DNA of 64,000 bases from Solirubrobacteraceae bacterium (GCA_030681525.1 JAUXSD010000344.1:1342-65341), one strand, 5' to 3'. Counted from the first letter of the stretch, positions 50,564 to 62,261 are shown. Made by a program: numbers and translations. Notes: generated by a model from the sequence alone, not told the origin.

Positions 50564-51295
50564 ATGCTCGCCGAGGTCGTCGCGCTCGTCACGCCGCCGC
50601 GCTGCGCCGCCTGCCGCGCCCCCGCCGGCCGCGCCGCCGAGGTCCTCTGCGCGGGCTGCCGGCGGGCGCTGCCGTGGCTGCGCGGGCCGTGCTGCGAGCG
50701 CTGCGCGCTGCCGCTGCCCCACGCCCGCGGCCGCTGCCCGGCGCGCGACGCGGCCTTCGACCGCGCCTGGGCGGCCGTCGCCTACGCCGGCGCCGCCCGC
50801 GACGCGATGCACGCGCTGAAGTTCTGCGCCGCGCGGCCGCTCGCGTCCGTCATGGCCGCCCAGATCGCCGCGAACGCGCCGCCGGCGCTGCTGCCCGCCG
50901 GGCCGTCGGACACGGTGCTCGTCGCAGTGCCGCCGCACCCGCGCCGCCGGCGCACGCGCGGCTTCGATCCCGCCGAGCTCATCGCGGTCGCGCTGGCGCG
51001 GCGCACCGGGCTGCCGCTGCACCGCGCGCTACGCCGCGGGCGAGCCGCGTCACACCAGCTCGGCGCCTCGCGCGAGGCCCGCCGCGACGCCGCCAACCTG
51101 CACTTCGCCGCCCGCGGCCCGGCGCCGCCACGCGTCGCGCTCGTCGACGACGTCCACACCACCGGGGCCACGCTGAGCGCCTGCGCCGCGGCGCTGCGCC
51201 AAGCCGGCAGCGAGCACGTCGCCGCCGTCACCTGGGCGCGGACCCTGGACGAACGGCTCGTTGAATCCGACCAGGCCGAGGCGTACCATCGATAG
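50564..51295 (+). CDS. comF: ComF-family phosphoribosyltransferase-like protein
   Basis: N-terminal double CxxC (PPRCAACRAP...CAGCRRAL...CERCALPL) and PRTase motif VALVDDVHTTGATL. comF-hpf-secA synteny. Confidence 0.85.
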   Translation: MLAEVVALVTPPRCAACRAPAGRAAEVLCAGCRRALPWLRGPCCERCALPLPHARGRCPARDAAFDRAWAAVAYAGAARDAMHALKFCAARPLASVMAAQIAANAPPALLPAGPSDTVLVAVPPHPRRRRTRGFDPAELIAVALARRTGLPLHRALRRGRAASHQLGASREARRDAANLHFAARGPAPPRVALVDDVHTTGATLSACAAALRQAGSEHVAAVTWARTLDERLVESDQAEAYHR

Positions 51296-51328
51296 TTCGC
51301 ACGTCCGTTCGACAGAGAGGACTTCGAG

Positions 51329-51667
51329 ATGCAGATCGAGGTCAAGGGCCGCAACGTCCCCGTCAACGACGAGCTGCGCGAACTGGTGGAGCGCAAGTTC
51401 CGAAAGGTCGCCGCACAGGTCTCCGACCTCGCCCGCATGGAGGTCGAGTTGCACGAGGAGCGCAACCCGTCCATCGCCGACTCGCAGGTCGCCGGCGTCA
51501 CGCTCTACCTCAAGGGCGTCACGCTGCACGCCGAGTGCGCGTCCCGCGAGATCGAGCACTCGATCCGCCTCTGTTCCGACGAGCTCGCGCGCCAGGTCAA
51601 GCGCCACCGCGAGAAGCGCCGCCGCCGCCGCGAGGCGCGCGGCCCGCAGGCGCAAGCCGCGACCTAG
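51329..51667 (+). CDS. hpf: Ribosome hibernation-promoting factor, short form with a basic tail
   Basis: MQIEVKGRNVPVNDELRELVERKF... with a sigma-54-modulation/S30AE fold pattern. Confidence 0.88.
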   Translation: MQIEVKGRNVPVNDELRELVERKFRKVAAQVSDLARMEVELHEERNPSIADSQVAGVTLYLKGVTLHAECASREIEHSIRLCSDELARQVKRHREKRRRRREARGPQAQAAT

Positions 51668-51684
51668 TACTCCCATCCGAAAGT

Positions 51685-51812
51685 TCTGCGGGTTTTCCCG
51701 GCGCCCGATCCGCGCCTGACGGCCGCCGTCGCCCGCCCCCGTGCCACCAGCACGAAGGCGGGTCACCGGCGACCGTCAGATCACGGCCGGGCATCCGGGA
51801 AAACCTCGCAGA
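51685..51812 (+). promoter_or_regulatory. 128-nt nested imperfect hairpin in the hpf-secA spacer (terminator/attenuator or structured RNA)
   Basis: Outer stem 51685-51701/51795-51812 (17 bp, 1 bulge). Inner stems GCCCG/CGGGC, CTGACGG/CCGTCAG, TCGCC/GGCGA and CGCC/GGCG. Apical GTGC-CACCA-GCAC. Hand-folded. Confidence 0.5.
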
Positions 51813-51886
51813 GCTTCCGGCCGGGTGTACCAGTACGGCTGCCGACGCGGCGGGCCATCCCCGTCGCGTCGGTATCCTCCAGCGCT

Positions 51887-54700
<2,814 letters not shown>

Positions 54701-54733
54701 CCGCGCCGCGCTGCTGACCGGCGCCGGATCGCG

Positions 54734-54751
54734 GGCCGCCGACTGGCGGCC
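54734..54751 (+). terminator. Short G+C hairpin after secA
   Basis: GGCCGCC-GACT-GGCGGCC lies 34 nt after the TGA. There is no clear U-tract. Confidence 0.35.
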
Positions 54752-54802
54752 AGTTCCCCGCCGTCGCATCAAGGCCGGTCCGTCGGCTGCCGATACACCC
54801 GA

Positions 54803-57508
54803 GTGCCGCAACGCCGCCATGGCTTCAGGGCCGAACGTGCACCGCTGCGCGGGGCCACCCCGGCGCTCTGGATCGCCGCGCTGCTGACGCTCGCCGCGCT
54901 CGTCGGCCTGGGTACGTCGCTGCACAGCTCGCAGACGCAGGCGCGCCAGACGATCGAGGATCGTTTCGCCGAGCGCGCGCGGCTCAGCGCCGCGCTGATG
55001 GACTCGCTCTTCTCTTCGTCAGCGAGCGCCTCTCAGCCTCGCAACGCGCAGCGCTTCGGCGGCGCACGCGTCACCGCCGCCCAGCTCGGCGCGGAGGCCA
55101 GGCGCGGCCAGCTCGGCAGCCTCGTGCTGCTGCGCGCCGACGGCAGCGTCATCGCCCGCTCTCCGAACACGCCGGATGCGATCGTGCGCGCGCTCGCCGC
55201 GAAGCCGTCGTTCGTGCGGGCGGCGCTGACCGGCAACCACATCGCGCTGGGTGACCTGACCCCCGGCGCCGGCGGCAAGGACACGATCCAGTACGCGCAG
55301 CCGTTCAACACCCAGGCTGGGCGCCGCGTGCTCGTCAGCGGCATCGGCCCGCAGGTGCTCTACGGGTTCATCGGCGGCTACCTCGCCCAGATCCCCGAGA
55401 AGACCGGCGGTAGCGCCTACCTGCTCGACGGGCGCGGGGCGCTCGTCGCCGGCCCGAGCAGCGGGCTGCCGATCACCGAGCGCGGCCTGCCCCAGGCGGT
55501 CCGCGCCACGTCGAACGGCGCCTTCGGCAACGGGCGCTGGTTCGCCGCCAGCCGGCTGAAGAACTCGCAGTGGAGCGTCGCCCTCACGGCACGCGAGAAG
55601 ACGCTCTTCGCCTCGGTCACCGGCGAGGGGCGGTGGGTCCCCTGGCTGCTGTTCGCGGCGTTCGGCCTCGTCGCCGCCGCCGCCCTGCTGCTCGTGACCC
55701 GCGTGGTGCGCGGCGCCGCCGCGCTGCACGTCAGCCAGGAGCGCTACGCGCTCGCCGTCGAGGGCGCCAACGACGGGATCTGGGACCGCGACTTCGTGAC
55801 CGGCGTCACCTACTTCTCTCCGCGCTGGAAGGACCTGCTCGGCTACACGCCCGAGCAGGTCGGCGACGATCCCGACGAGTGGATGGCCCGCGTGCACCCC
55901 GACGACGTCGCCGGCGTGCTGGCGGCGTTCGACGCGCACCTGCGCGGCGACGAGCCGTCCTTCGTGAGCGAGCACCGCATGCGCCACAGCGACGGTGAGT
56001 ACCGCTGGTTTTTGACCCGTGGCGTGGCGATCCGCGATCGCCACGGCAAGCCGACCCGGATGGCGGGCTCGACGTCGGACATCACGATCCGCAAGGCGGC
56101 CGAGGAGCTGCTGCGCCGCAGCGCGCTGCACGACGCGCTCACCGGGCTGCCCAACCGGGCGCTGTTCCTCGACCGCCTGGCGTCGTCGCTGGAGCGCACG
56201 ACGCGCGAGCCCGGGCACCGCTGCGCGGTCATGTTCCTCGACCTCGACCGCTTCAAGCGCATCAACGACAGCTTCAGCCACGCCGTCGGCGACGAGCTGC
56301 TCGTCGTGCTCGGCCAGCGGCTGACCGCCATCCTGCGCCCCGACGACACCGTCGCGCGCGGCGGCCCCGACGGGTTCATCGCCCGGCTCGGCGGCGACGA
56401 GTTCACGATCCTCGTCGAGAACCTCGACACGCCCGACCGGGTGACGGAAATCGCGCTGCGCATCGAGCGCGCGATGCAGGAGCCCTTCCAGGTCCTCGAC
56501 CGCGAGCTGTTCGTCAGCACGAGCATCGGGATCGCGGTCAGCGACCCGGCGGTGACCGCGCTCGAGCTCATGCGCAACGCCGACATCGCGATGTACGACG
56601 CCAAGCGCAAGGGTACCGGGCGCTGGTCGGTGTTCAGCAGCGAGATGCACAGCCACGTGCTCGGCCAGATCGAGCTCGAGACCGAGCTGCGCGCGGTCAT
56701 CGAGGAGCGCCGCCTGCGCGTCTTCTACCAGCCCGTCGTCAGTCTGCTGACCGGCGAGCTCGAGGGCTTCGAGGCGCTCGCCCGCTGGCCGGCCGGGCCC
56801 GATGAGGTCTCGCCCAGCCGCTTCGTCGCGATCGCCGAGGACACGGGCCTCATCGCCGATCTCGGCCAGCTGGTCCTCGACGAGGCCTGCGAGCGCCTCA
56901 GCGACTGGCGCCGGCGCGGAATCGCCGGGCCGCACATGACGATGAGCGTCAACGTGTCAGGCCGCCAGCTCAGCCATCCGCAGCGGCTCGTCGGCGATGT
57001 CGAGGCGGCGTTGCGCCGCAGCGGCCTGCCGGCGACCTGCCTGTGCCTGGAGATCACCGAGAGCACCGTGATCAGCCGGCCGGAGCGCGCCCGCGTCGCA
57101 CTCGATCAGCTCGCGCGGCTCGGAGTCCGGGCCGAGATCGACGACTTCGGCACGGGCTACGCGTCGCTGACCGTCCTGCAGTCCTTCTCGGGCGACACGC
57201 TGAAGATCGACCGCTCGTTCATCGGCACGATGCACGAGGACGCCGGGCACGGCGCGATCGTGCGCGGGATCGTGGCGCTCGCCCACAACCTCGGCATGCA
57301 CGTCGTGGCGGAGGGCATCGAGCACCCCGAGCAGCTTTCGCTGCTGCGCTCGATCGGCTGCGAGTTCGGTCAGGGCTACCTCTTCGCGCGGCCGATGGAC
57401 GCCGGTGAGCTCGAGCCGACGATCATGGCGTGGGAGCCGGAGCGCTTCGCGGCCGGGGAGCTGCGCATCACACCGCCCGCGCCGCTGCCGCAGCTCAGGT
57501 CGGTCTAG
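54803..57508 (+). CDS. Membrane-bound c-di-GMP signalling protein: periplasmic sensor - TM - PAS - GGDEF - EAL
   Basis: Two TM segments flank a loop of about 260 aa. PAS (YALAVEGANDGIWDRD). RLGGDEFTIL (GGDEF). FEALARW...DDFGTGYAS...KIDRSF...EGIE (EAL). Confidence 0.88.
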   Translation: MPQRRHGFRAERAPLRGATPALWIAALLTLAALVGLGTSLHSSQTQARQTIEDRFAERARLSAALMDSLFSSSASASQPRNAQRFGGARVTAAQLGAEARRGQLGSLVLLRADGSVIARSPNTPDAIVRALAAKPSFVRAALTGNHIALGDLTPGAGGKDTIQYAQPFNTQAGRRVLVSGIGPQVLYGFIGGYLAQIPEKTGGSAYLLDGRGALVAGPSSGLPITERGLPQAVRATSNGAFGNGRWFAASRLKNSQWSVALTAREKTLFASVTGEGRWVPWLLFAAFGLVAAAALLLVTRVVRGAAALHVSQERYALAVEGANDGIWDRDFVTGVTYFSPRWKDLLGYTPEQVGDDPDEWMARVHPDDVAGVLAAFDAHLRGDEPSFVSEHRMRHSDGEYRWFLTRGVAIRDRHGKPTRMAGSTSDITIRKAAEELLRRSALHDALTGLPNRALFLDRLASSLERTTREPGHRCAVMFLDLDRFKRINDSFSHAVGDELLVVLGQRLTAILRPDDTVARGGPDGFIARLGGDEFTILVENLDTPDRVTEIALRIERAMQEPFQVLDRELFVSTSIGIAVSDPAVTALELMRNADIAMYDAKRKGTGRWSVFSSEMHSHVLGQIELETELRAVIEERRLRVFYQPVVSLLTGELEGFEALARWPAGPDEVSPSRFVAIAEDTGLIADLGQLVLDEACERLSDWRRRGIAGPHMTMSVNVSGRQLSHPQRLVGDVEAALRRSGLPATCLCLEITESTVISRPERARVALDQLARLGVRAEIDDFGTGYASLTVLQSFSGDTLKIDRSFIGTMHEDAGHGAIVRGIVALAHNLGMHVVAEGIEHPEQLSLLRSIGCEFGQGYLFARPMDAGELEPTIMAWEPERFAAGELRITPPAPLPQLRSV

Positions 57509-57738
57509 ATCGCGAGCACGATTGCGAGGACGGCGCCGAGCGTGGTGGCGCCCAGATGCGCCAGCCGCCACGGCATGACGCCCGGGAACTCGCGCCGCAG
57601 GCGTGCGGCGGTCGAGACGGTCGTGCGCCGCTCGAGCGGCACGTCCAGCCCGGCGGCCAGGCGCTCGACGTCCTGATCTCCCCAGCATCGCGGATCGAGG
57701 CGAAGGACCCCCGCCCAGCTGCGTCCACGATGACCCAC
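57505..57738 (-). CDS. Possible small C-terminally TM-anchored protein (start uncertain)
   Basis: The 3' two-thirds has uniform G/C-ending codons and ends in LGATTLGAVLAIVLAI. The 5' third is less coding-like. Confidence 0.3.
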   Translation of the reverse strand: MGHRGRSWAGVLRLDPRCWGDQDVERLAAGLDVPLERRTTVSTAARLRREFPGVMPWRLAHLGATTLGAVLAIVLAI

Positions 57739-57812
57739 AGCTCGCCGCGATCGCGCCGGATCGCCGACACCCTGCGTTTGACGACCGCCGGCTCGGGCAG
57801 AGCGGTGGAGGC

Positions 57813-58136
57813 ATGCGCGTGGTCGTCGACAACAGCAGCGGGGGCGACACCCAGCTAGCGATCAGCGTGACCGCAGGACTGCGCGGCTGCGGCCACACCG
57901 TCGAGGTCGTCGAGCCCGAGCCGTCCTCGATGTTCGACACGGCGGTGCACGTCGTCTCGACGGGGATCGTGCTGCGCGTCGACGAGCGCCCGGCGCCGGC
58001 CGAGCTCGAGGAGATCGCCGAGGTCGTGCGCGAGGCGCTGCTGCGCCACCCCAGCCAGCGGCGGCGCACGCGCGCCGTCCCGGTGGCGCTCGGCACGGGC
58101 GGCCAGGTGCTGACCTGGATCGACGTCTTCGGCTGA
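57813..58136 (+). CDS. Hypothetical 107-aa protein
   Basis: Internal ATG of the listed ORF with high GC3. Converges on the NYN gene with a 1-nt gap between the stops. Confidence 0.5.
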   Translation: MRVVVDNSSGGDTQLAISVTAGLRGCGHTVEVVEPEPSSMFDTAVHVVSTGIVLRVDERPAPAELEEIAEVVREALLRHPSQRRRTRAVPVALGTGGQVLTWIDVFG

Positions 58137-58137
58137 C

Positions 58138-58509
58138 TCAGGCGTCGATCTGCGCGCGAAACGCCGACGCGGGGAACGTGCTCGCGCCGGCGGCATGGAC
58201 CTGCTGTGAGAGCACGCCGTCGGAGGTGACGACGCGCACCGACGCCGGGTCCGGCGCCGCGCGCACGCGCCGGACGATCTCGTCGTCGGCCGAGTTGGCC
58301 CGCGGGCGCTTGGCGTGGGCGACCTCGATGACGCTCGACACGATCGGCGGGCGCGGCGGCTGCTCGAAGACGACCATGACGTCCTCGCCCTCGGCGGCGG
58401 CCCAGCGCTCGAGCCGGTCGACGAGTGCCACCATCGCGGCGTGGCGGTCGCGCCACCAGCCGTCGGGACGGGTCCCGATGACGTTCATGCCGTCGACGAT
58501 CCAGCGCAT
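58138..58509 (-). CDS. NYN-domain (YacP/Rae1-like, PIN-related) predicted ribonuclease
   Basis: MRWIVDGMNVIGTRPDGWW... then a SADDEI acidic motif and VVTSDGVL near the C-terminus, which is the YacP-like pattern. Confidence 0.7.
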   Translation of the reverse strand: MRWIVDGMNVIGTRPDGWWRDRHAAMVALVDRLERWAAAEGEDVMVVFEQPPRPPIVSSVIEVAHAKRPRANSADDEIVRRVRAAPDPASVRVVTSDGVLSQQVHAAGASTFPASAFRAQIDA

Positions 58510-58530
58510 CGTGAGCCGTGCGGAGCGCGG

Positions 58531-59040
58531 CTACCGGCGCCGCAGGCGGGCGAGCAATCGCGTCTTGGCGTTGAACGCGGCCTTCATCGCGCGATCGGCG
58601 CGCGATCCGTCGGGCGCCAGCAGCCCGATCTGGCGCGCGAACTGCATCTGGTCGAAGACGACGAAGTTCGTCGCGATCGTGCCGTCGCGGATGACGAAGT
58701 GGTCCATGCCGTCGATCGCCACGGTGCGCCCCGTGGCGTCGATGCCCTGAAACGGCGCGCCGGTGTGCGTGCCGGTCAGGTGCCAGTGCACGAAGACGTC
58801 CTCGCCGTCCTCGGCGACCGCGACCACGCGCATGTGCAGGTCCGGCAATGCCGCGAAGAGGGTCTCGAAATAGGCGGCCATCGCGTCGGCCCCACGGACG
58901 GTCGTCTCCGGGAAGCGCTCGACGGTCGCGTCGGTCCAGACGGCCCGCAGGGCTGCTGCGTCGCGCTCGTTGATGACCGCGAACGTCCAGCGCACGAGCT
59001 CGCCGTTGCTCGCGCCGGCGGGTGGCTTGGCGATCGGCAT
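58531..59040 (-). CDS. SnoaL/NTF2-like fold protein (ester-cyclase-like)
   Basis: VRWTFAVINERDAAAL...MAAYFETLFAALPDL...VFVHWHLTGTHTGAPFQGI.ATG pattern. Confidence 0.65.
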   Translation of the reverse strand: MPIAKPPAGASNGELVRWTFAVINERDAAALRAVWTDATVERFPETTVRGADAMAAYFETLFAALPDLHMRVVAVAEDGEDVFVHWHLTGTHTGAPFQGIDATGRTVAIDGMDHFVIRDGTIATNFVVFDQMQFARQIGLLAPDGSRADRAMKAAFNAKTRLLARLRRR

Positions 59041-59090
59041 GCCCGAAGGCTAACCGCCCCGGCCGGCGCGTCGCGGCGGACCGGACGCGC

Positions 59091-59435
59091 TCAGCGATCA
59101 TCCTGGTCGCGCACCGCCACGGCGATCTCGTCGGCGTTCCAGGTCAGCGTGATGTCCCAGTGCCGCGCCCCGACCTCGATCAGCGGCGCGACGTTCGCGA
59201 GCGCCACGCGCGCGCCCTCGCCGGGATCGCCCGTCCGCACGAAGCGCAGGCTGAGCTTCGTGTCGAGCACGAGCGCCACGAGCACGCGCTGGTAGGGCGT
59301 GCACATGAGCATGCGGTCCATCGTGGGTCGATCGGTGAGCGAGGCCGGGCAGGTGTAGCGCACGGAGACGCGGCCCGCGGGCGCCTGCAGCGCGGCGGCC
59401 ACGTCGGGCGGAAACGCCGGCGCCGCCCGGCTCAC
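59091..59435 (-). CDS. Unknown 114-aa protein, co-transcribed with rtcB
   Basis: The GTG start lies 4 nt after the rtcB TGA. Uniformly G/C-ending codons. No motif recognised, and it is not archease-like. Confidence 0.6.
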   Translation of the reverse strand: MSRAAPAFPPDVAAALQAPAGRVSVRYTCPASLTDRPTMDRMLMCTPYQRVLVALVLDTKLSLRFVRTGDPGEGARVALANVAPLIEVGARHWDITLTWNADEIAVAVRDQDDR

Positions 59436-59439
59436 CGCG

Positions 59440-60777
59440 TCAGTCCTTGTAGGGATCGAACGTGTCCGCGCCGGCCATCGCGACGCCGATCGGCGTCAGC
59501 CGGTGGAGGATCTCGACCGAGTCGCCGTGCATCGCGAGCACCGCGTCGAGGCGCTTGTACGCCGCGGGCGCCTCGTCGGCGGCGCCGCCGCGCAGCTCCA
59601 CACCCGCCGTCGCGAGCTGCTCCTGCACCAGGGCGAAGTCGATCTCGCCGGCCTTGATGCGCCCGCGGCGCTTGACCATCCGCCCGCCGGGGTGCCGCGG
59701 GCAGAGCGTGAAGCGGTCGTGCTCGCCGACGCCGGCGCGGTCGCGCTCGTGGCGGTACTGCGCCCACGTCACCCAGGTGGGGCAGTCGCGCTCGGAGCAC
59801 TCCGCGCGGTTGCCCATCCGCCCGGCCGCCTTCGTGCGGGACATGACGCGACCCGCGCCGTGGACCGTCGAGAACAGCAGGCCGGCGCTCTCGTCGCTCG
59901 CGGTGCCGCGCAGGATCACCGACGGCTCGCCCATCGTCGCGCCGACGAAGCCCTCCTGGCCGGGGAACGCCGGCGTGCAGCCCTTGCGGATGACCCAGGC
60001 ATCGACGCCGTGGTGGCGCTCGCGCCAGGCGAAGTTGTGGTGGTTGTGGACCTCGTAGGTCGCCGTCGCGCCGAGGATCTCGAGGACCTTGTCGACGACG
60101 ACGTCGCGGCCGGCGTAGGCGTACTCGCCGGCGAGGCTCATCGCCGCGATGTAGTCCTGGCCGAGCTGCGAGTCGACGTGCAGCAGGACCGGCGGCGAGT
60201 CCATCTCGCCGTCGGGGCCGCGCTCGTCGAAGCGCCGTCCGGCGGCGAGCGCGAGAAAGCCCGACGCGGTCTTGTGACCGAACCCGCGGGAGCCGAAGTG
60301 CACGCCGACCCAGACGTTGCCGTCATCGCCCGCGAACAGGTCGACGTAGTGGTTGCCCGCGCCGACCGTGCCGAGCTGGTTGCGGGCCATCTGCACCATC
60401 CGGCGCTGCGGCGCGAAGTCGGCCTTGTGGATGGCGTCGAGCACGGGGTGGTCGACCGGCTCGGCGTTGTTGCGCCCGACGCCGAACGAGATCCGCGCGA
60501 ACACCTCGTCCATGATCCGCGGCAGGTCGTCGCGGATGTCGTCGACGCGCACGTCGGTGCGGACGGCCTTGTTTCCGCACGCGATGTCATACCCGACGCC
60601 GGACGGCGAGACGTGCTCGGGGTAGGCGACGACGCCGCCGATCGGCTGGGAGTAGCCGACGTGGCCGTCGGCGCAGATCGCCGCGGCGACGGCGTCGCCG
60701 GCCTCCGCGCAGCGGCGCAGCTGGTCGACGGCGCGCGGCTCGATGTCGCCGCGGACGGTGATCGGGATCTCTGCCAT
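59440..60777 (-). CDS. rtcB: RNA 3'-phosphate/2',3'-cyclic phosphate ligase RtcB (with a Cys/His-containing insertion)
   Basis: Start at the internal ATG (MAEIPITVRG). CADGHVGYSQPIGGV, GYDIACGN, GTVGAGNHYVDLF, HFGSRGFGHK and VHNHHNF motifs. Insertion ECSERDCPTW...LCPRHPGG. Confidence 0.92.
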   Translation of the reverse strand: MAEIPITVRGDIEPRAVDQLRRCAEAGDAVAAAICADGHVGYSQPIGGVVAYPEHVSPSGVGYDIACGNKAVRTDVRVDDIRDDLPRIMDEVFARISFGVGRNNAEPVDHPVLDAIHKADFAPQRRMVQMARNQLGTVGAGNHYVDLFAGDDGNVWVGVHFGSRGFGHKTASGFLALAAGRRFDERGPDGEMDSPPVLLHVDSQLGQDYIAAMSLAGEYAYAGRDVVVDKVLEILGATATYEVHNHHNFAWRERHHGVDAWVIRKGCTPAFPGQEGFVGATMGEPSVILRGTASDESAGLLFSTVHGAGRVMSRTKAAGRMGNRAECSERDCPTWVTWAQYRHERDRAGVGEHDRFTLCPRHPGGRMVKRRGRIKAGEIDFALVQEQLATAGVELRGGAADEAPAAYKRLDAVLAMHGDSVEILHRLTPIGVAMAGADTFDPYKD

Positions 60778-60803
60778 GCGGTCATCGTGGCAAGCGCGGC
60801 GGC

Positions 60804-60884
60804 GCGCGGCGAGCGGATTCGAACCGCAGCGGACGAGGGTTCGAACCCACGGGCGTCTGGACCGGCGTGCCAACCGTTCCGCGC
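60804..60884 (-). ncRNA. tRNA-like element with two T-loop motifs in the rtcB 5' leader (not a canonical tRNA)
   Basis: On the minus strand, GGGTTCGAACCC (60837-60848) and GCGG-TTCGAAT-CCGC (60813-60827) are followed by an acceptor-like GCCGCGC that can pair with the 5' GCGCGGA. No anticodon arm can be drawn by hand. Confidence 0.35.
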
Positions 60885-61073
60885 ACGAATTTCGCCTTGC
60901 CACGCGGCGACACGTGCTTTACCGTGAGCGCAGTCATGCTCTCCCAGGCCGACACGACGATGCTGCTCATCCACGGCGCCCTCAGCGCCGGGTTCGTCTC
61001 GTGCAAGCCGGTTGACGAGCCTGCACAGCGCACCAACGACGCGGCCGACGCGGCTTAGCGGGAGACCTCTCAC

Positions 61074-62261
61074 ATGGCTCCCGCGACGATCGCGGGAGCT
61101 GCGCCTCGTGCCCGGACCGGGCGTGGGGCGGGGTGGGACCGCGACTCCATCATCATCGCCATCCGTGAGTGGGTGGCCACATACGGCGAGCCGCCTCGTG
61201 CGGCCGACTGGAACCCCTCCTCGGCGAAGTGGGCCGGCCAGCTGTGGCGCGTGGAGCGCTACCGCGAGGGCCGTGCCGACGGGTCGCCCTGGCCCGCGCT
61301 GAACTCGGCCAAGCGCCCGTTCGGCGGGTCGCTGAACGAGGCGATCCGGGCGGCCGGCTACGAGCCGGCGCGGCCGGGTCCGATGCGGCGTGCCGACGTC
61401 GATCCGCAGCAGGCGCACCGGGCGGTCATCAGCCCGGAGGGTCGGGCGATGGTCGCGGCGGCACTCGCGCAGGCGCGTGACGCCGAGCGGCGCGTGGCGC
61501 AGCTCGAGGCGCGGCTGGATCGGGCCGGCGAGCGGGCGCTGCGGGCAGCCGCGGAGCGCGACGCCGCACGGCGGGCCGGCGGCCGATCGGCGGCCACCAA
61601 GCCGAAGGTCGTTCGTGAGCGCGTCGTCGACGACGCGGCGCTCGCCCGCGCCCAGCGCCGGGCGGCCGCCGCCGAGGCGAAGGCCGAGACGACCATCCGT
61701 GACGTCCGCGAAAAGTGCGCGGAGGCGCGGATGGACGCGGCCGAGGCGCGCACGGCGGCCAAGCGGATGGCGGCGAAGCTCGAGCGGGCGGAGGCGACGA
61801 TCGGGACGCTGCGCGGCGAGCGCCGCGAGCTCAAGGCGGCCGGCGACCGGCTGGCCGACGAGCTCGTGGTCGCCGAGCGGCTGCTCGAGCGGGCGCGCGC
61901 CGACGCCGAGCAGGCACCGGCGGTCGTCACCGTGCGCCAGCAGGCGCCCGAGGCGGCCGAACTGCACGCCGCGCGCGTCGCGGCGGCACGTGACCGCCGG
62001 GCCGCCGCCGAGGCCGAGCTGCGGGCCGCCCGCGCCGAGCGCGAGCTGCGCGAGACGGTGTCGGCGCTGCGCGGCGAGGCGCGGCGGCTGACGCCGGCGG
62101 AGCTCGCCGAGCTGCGGATGACCGGCCCGAGCGGCCCCGCCGTCATGGCGGAGGCGCTGCGGCTGCTCGCCGCGGCCCGCAAGACCAACAACCCGACGCA
62201 CATGCAGGAGGCCCTGCGGCGCGTCGCCCAGGCCGCCGTCACCTGGCAGGAGCGGATCTAG
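61074..62261 (+). CDS. Homing-endonuclease-associated-repeat (HEAR) domain protein with a long Ala/Arg/Glu coiled coil
   Basis: WDRDSIIIAIREWVATYGEPPRAADWN...RPFGGSLNEAIRAAGYEP matches the HEAR pattern. About 300 aa of heptad-like AEAR-rich sequence follow. GGGAGA lies 9 nt before the ATG. Confidence 0.7.
   Translation: MAPATIAGAAPRARTGRGAGWDRDSIIIAIREWVATYGEPPRAADWNPSSAKWAGQLWRVERYREGRADGSPWPALNSAKRPFGGSLNEAIRAAGYEPARPGPMRRADVDPQQAHRAVISPEGRAMVAAALAQARDAERRVAQLEARLDRAGERALRAAAERDAARRAGGRSAATKPKVVRERVVDDAALARAQRRAAAAEAKAETTIRDVREKCAEARMDAAEARTAAKRMAAKLERAEATIGTLRGERRELKAAGDRLADELVVAERLLERARADAEQAPAVVTVRQQAPEAAELHAARVAAARDRRAAAEAELRAARAERELRETVSALRGEARRLTPAELAELRMTGPSGPAVMAEALRLLAAARKTNNPTHMQEALRRVAQAAVTWQERI

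Noticed and set aside
59091-59435. Archease (the RtcB cofactor) downstream of rtcB; I also looked across the whole window for RtcA, RtcR, PrfH and Ro60/TROVE.
   Set aside because: The 114-aa product shows none of the archease pattern I know, and no ORF in the window resembles the other canonical partners.
60804-60884. A bona fide tRNA gene upstream of rtcB.
   Set aside because: Only a T-arm-like hairpin and a partial acceptor pairing can be drawn. There is no anticodon stem-loop, position 8 is not T, the first T-loop copy has a mismatched stem, and no CCA end is present. I kept it as a tRNA-like element, not a tRNA.
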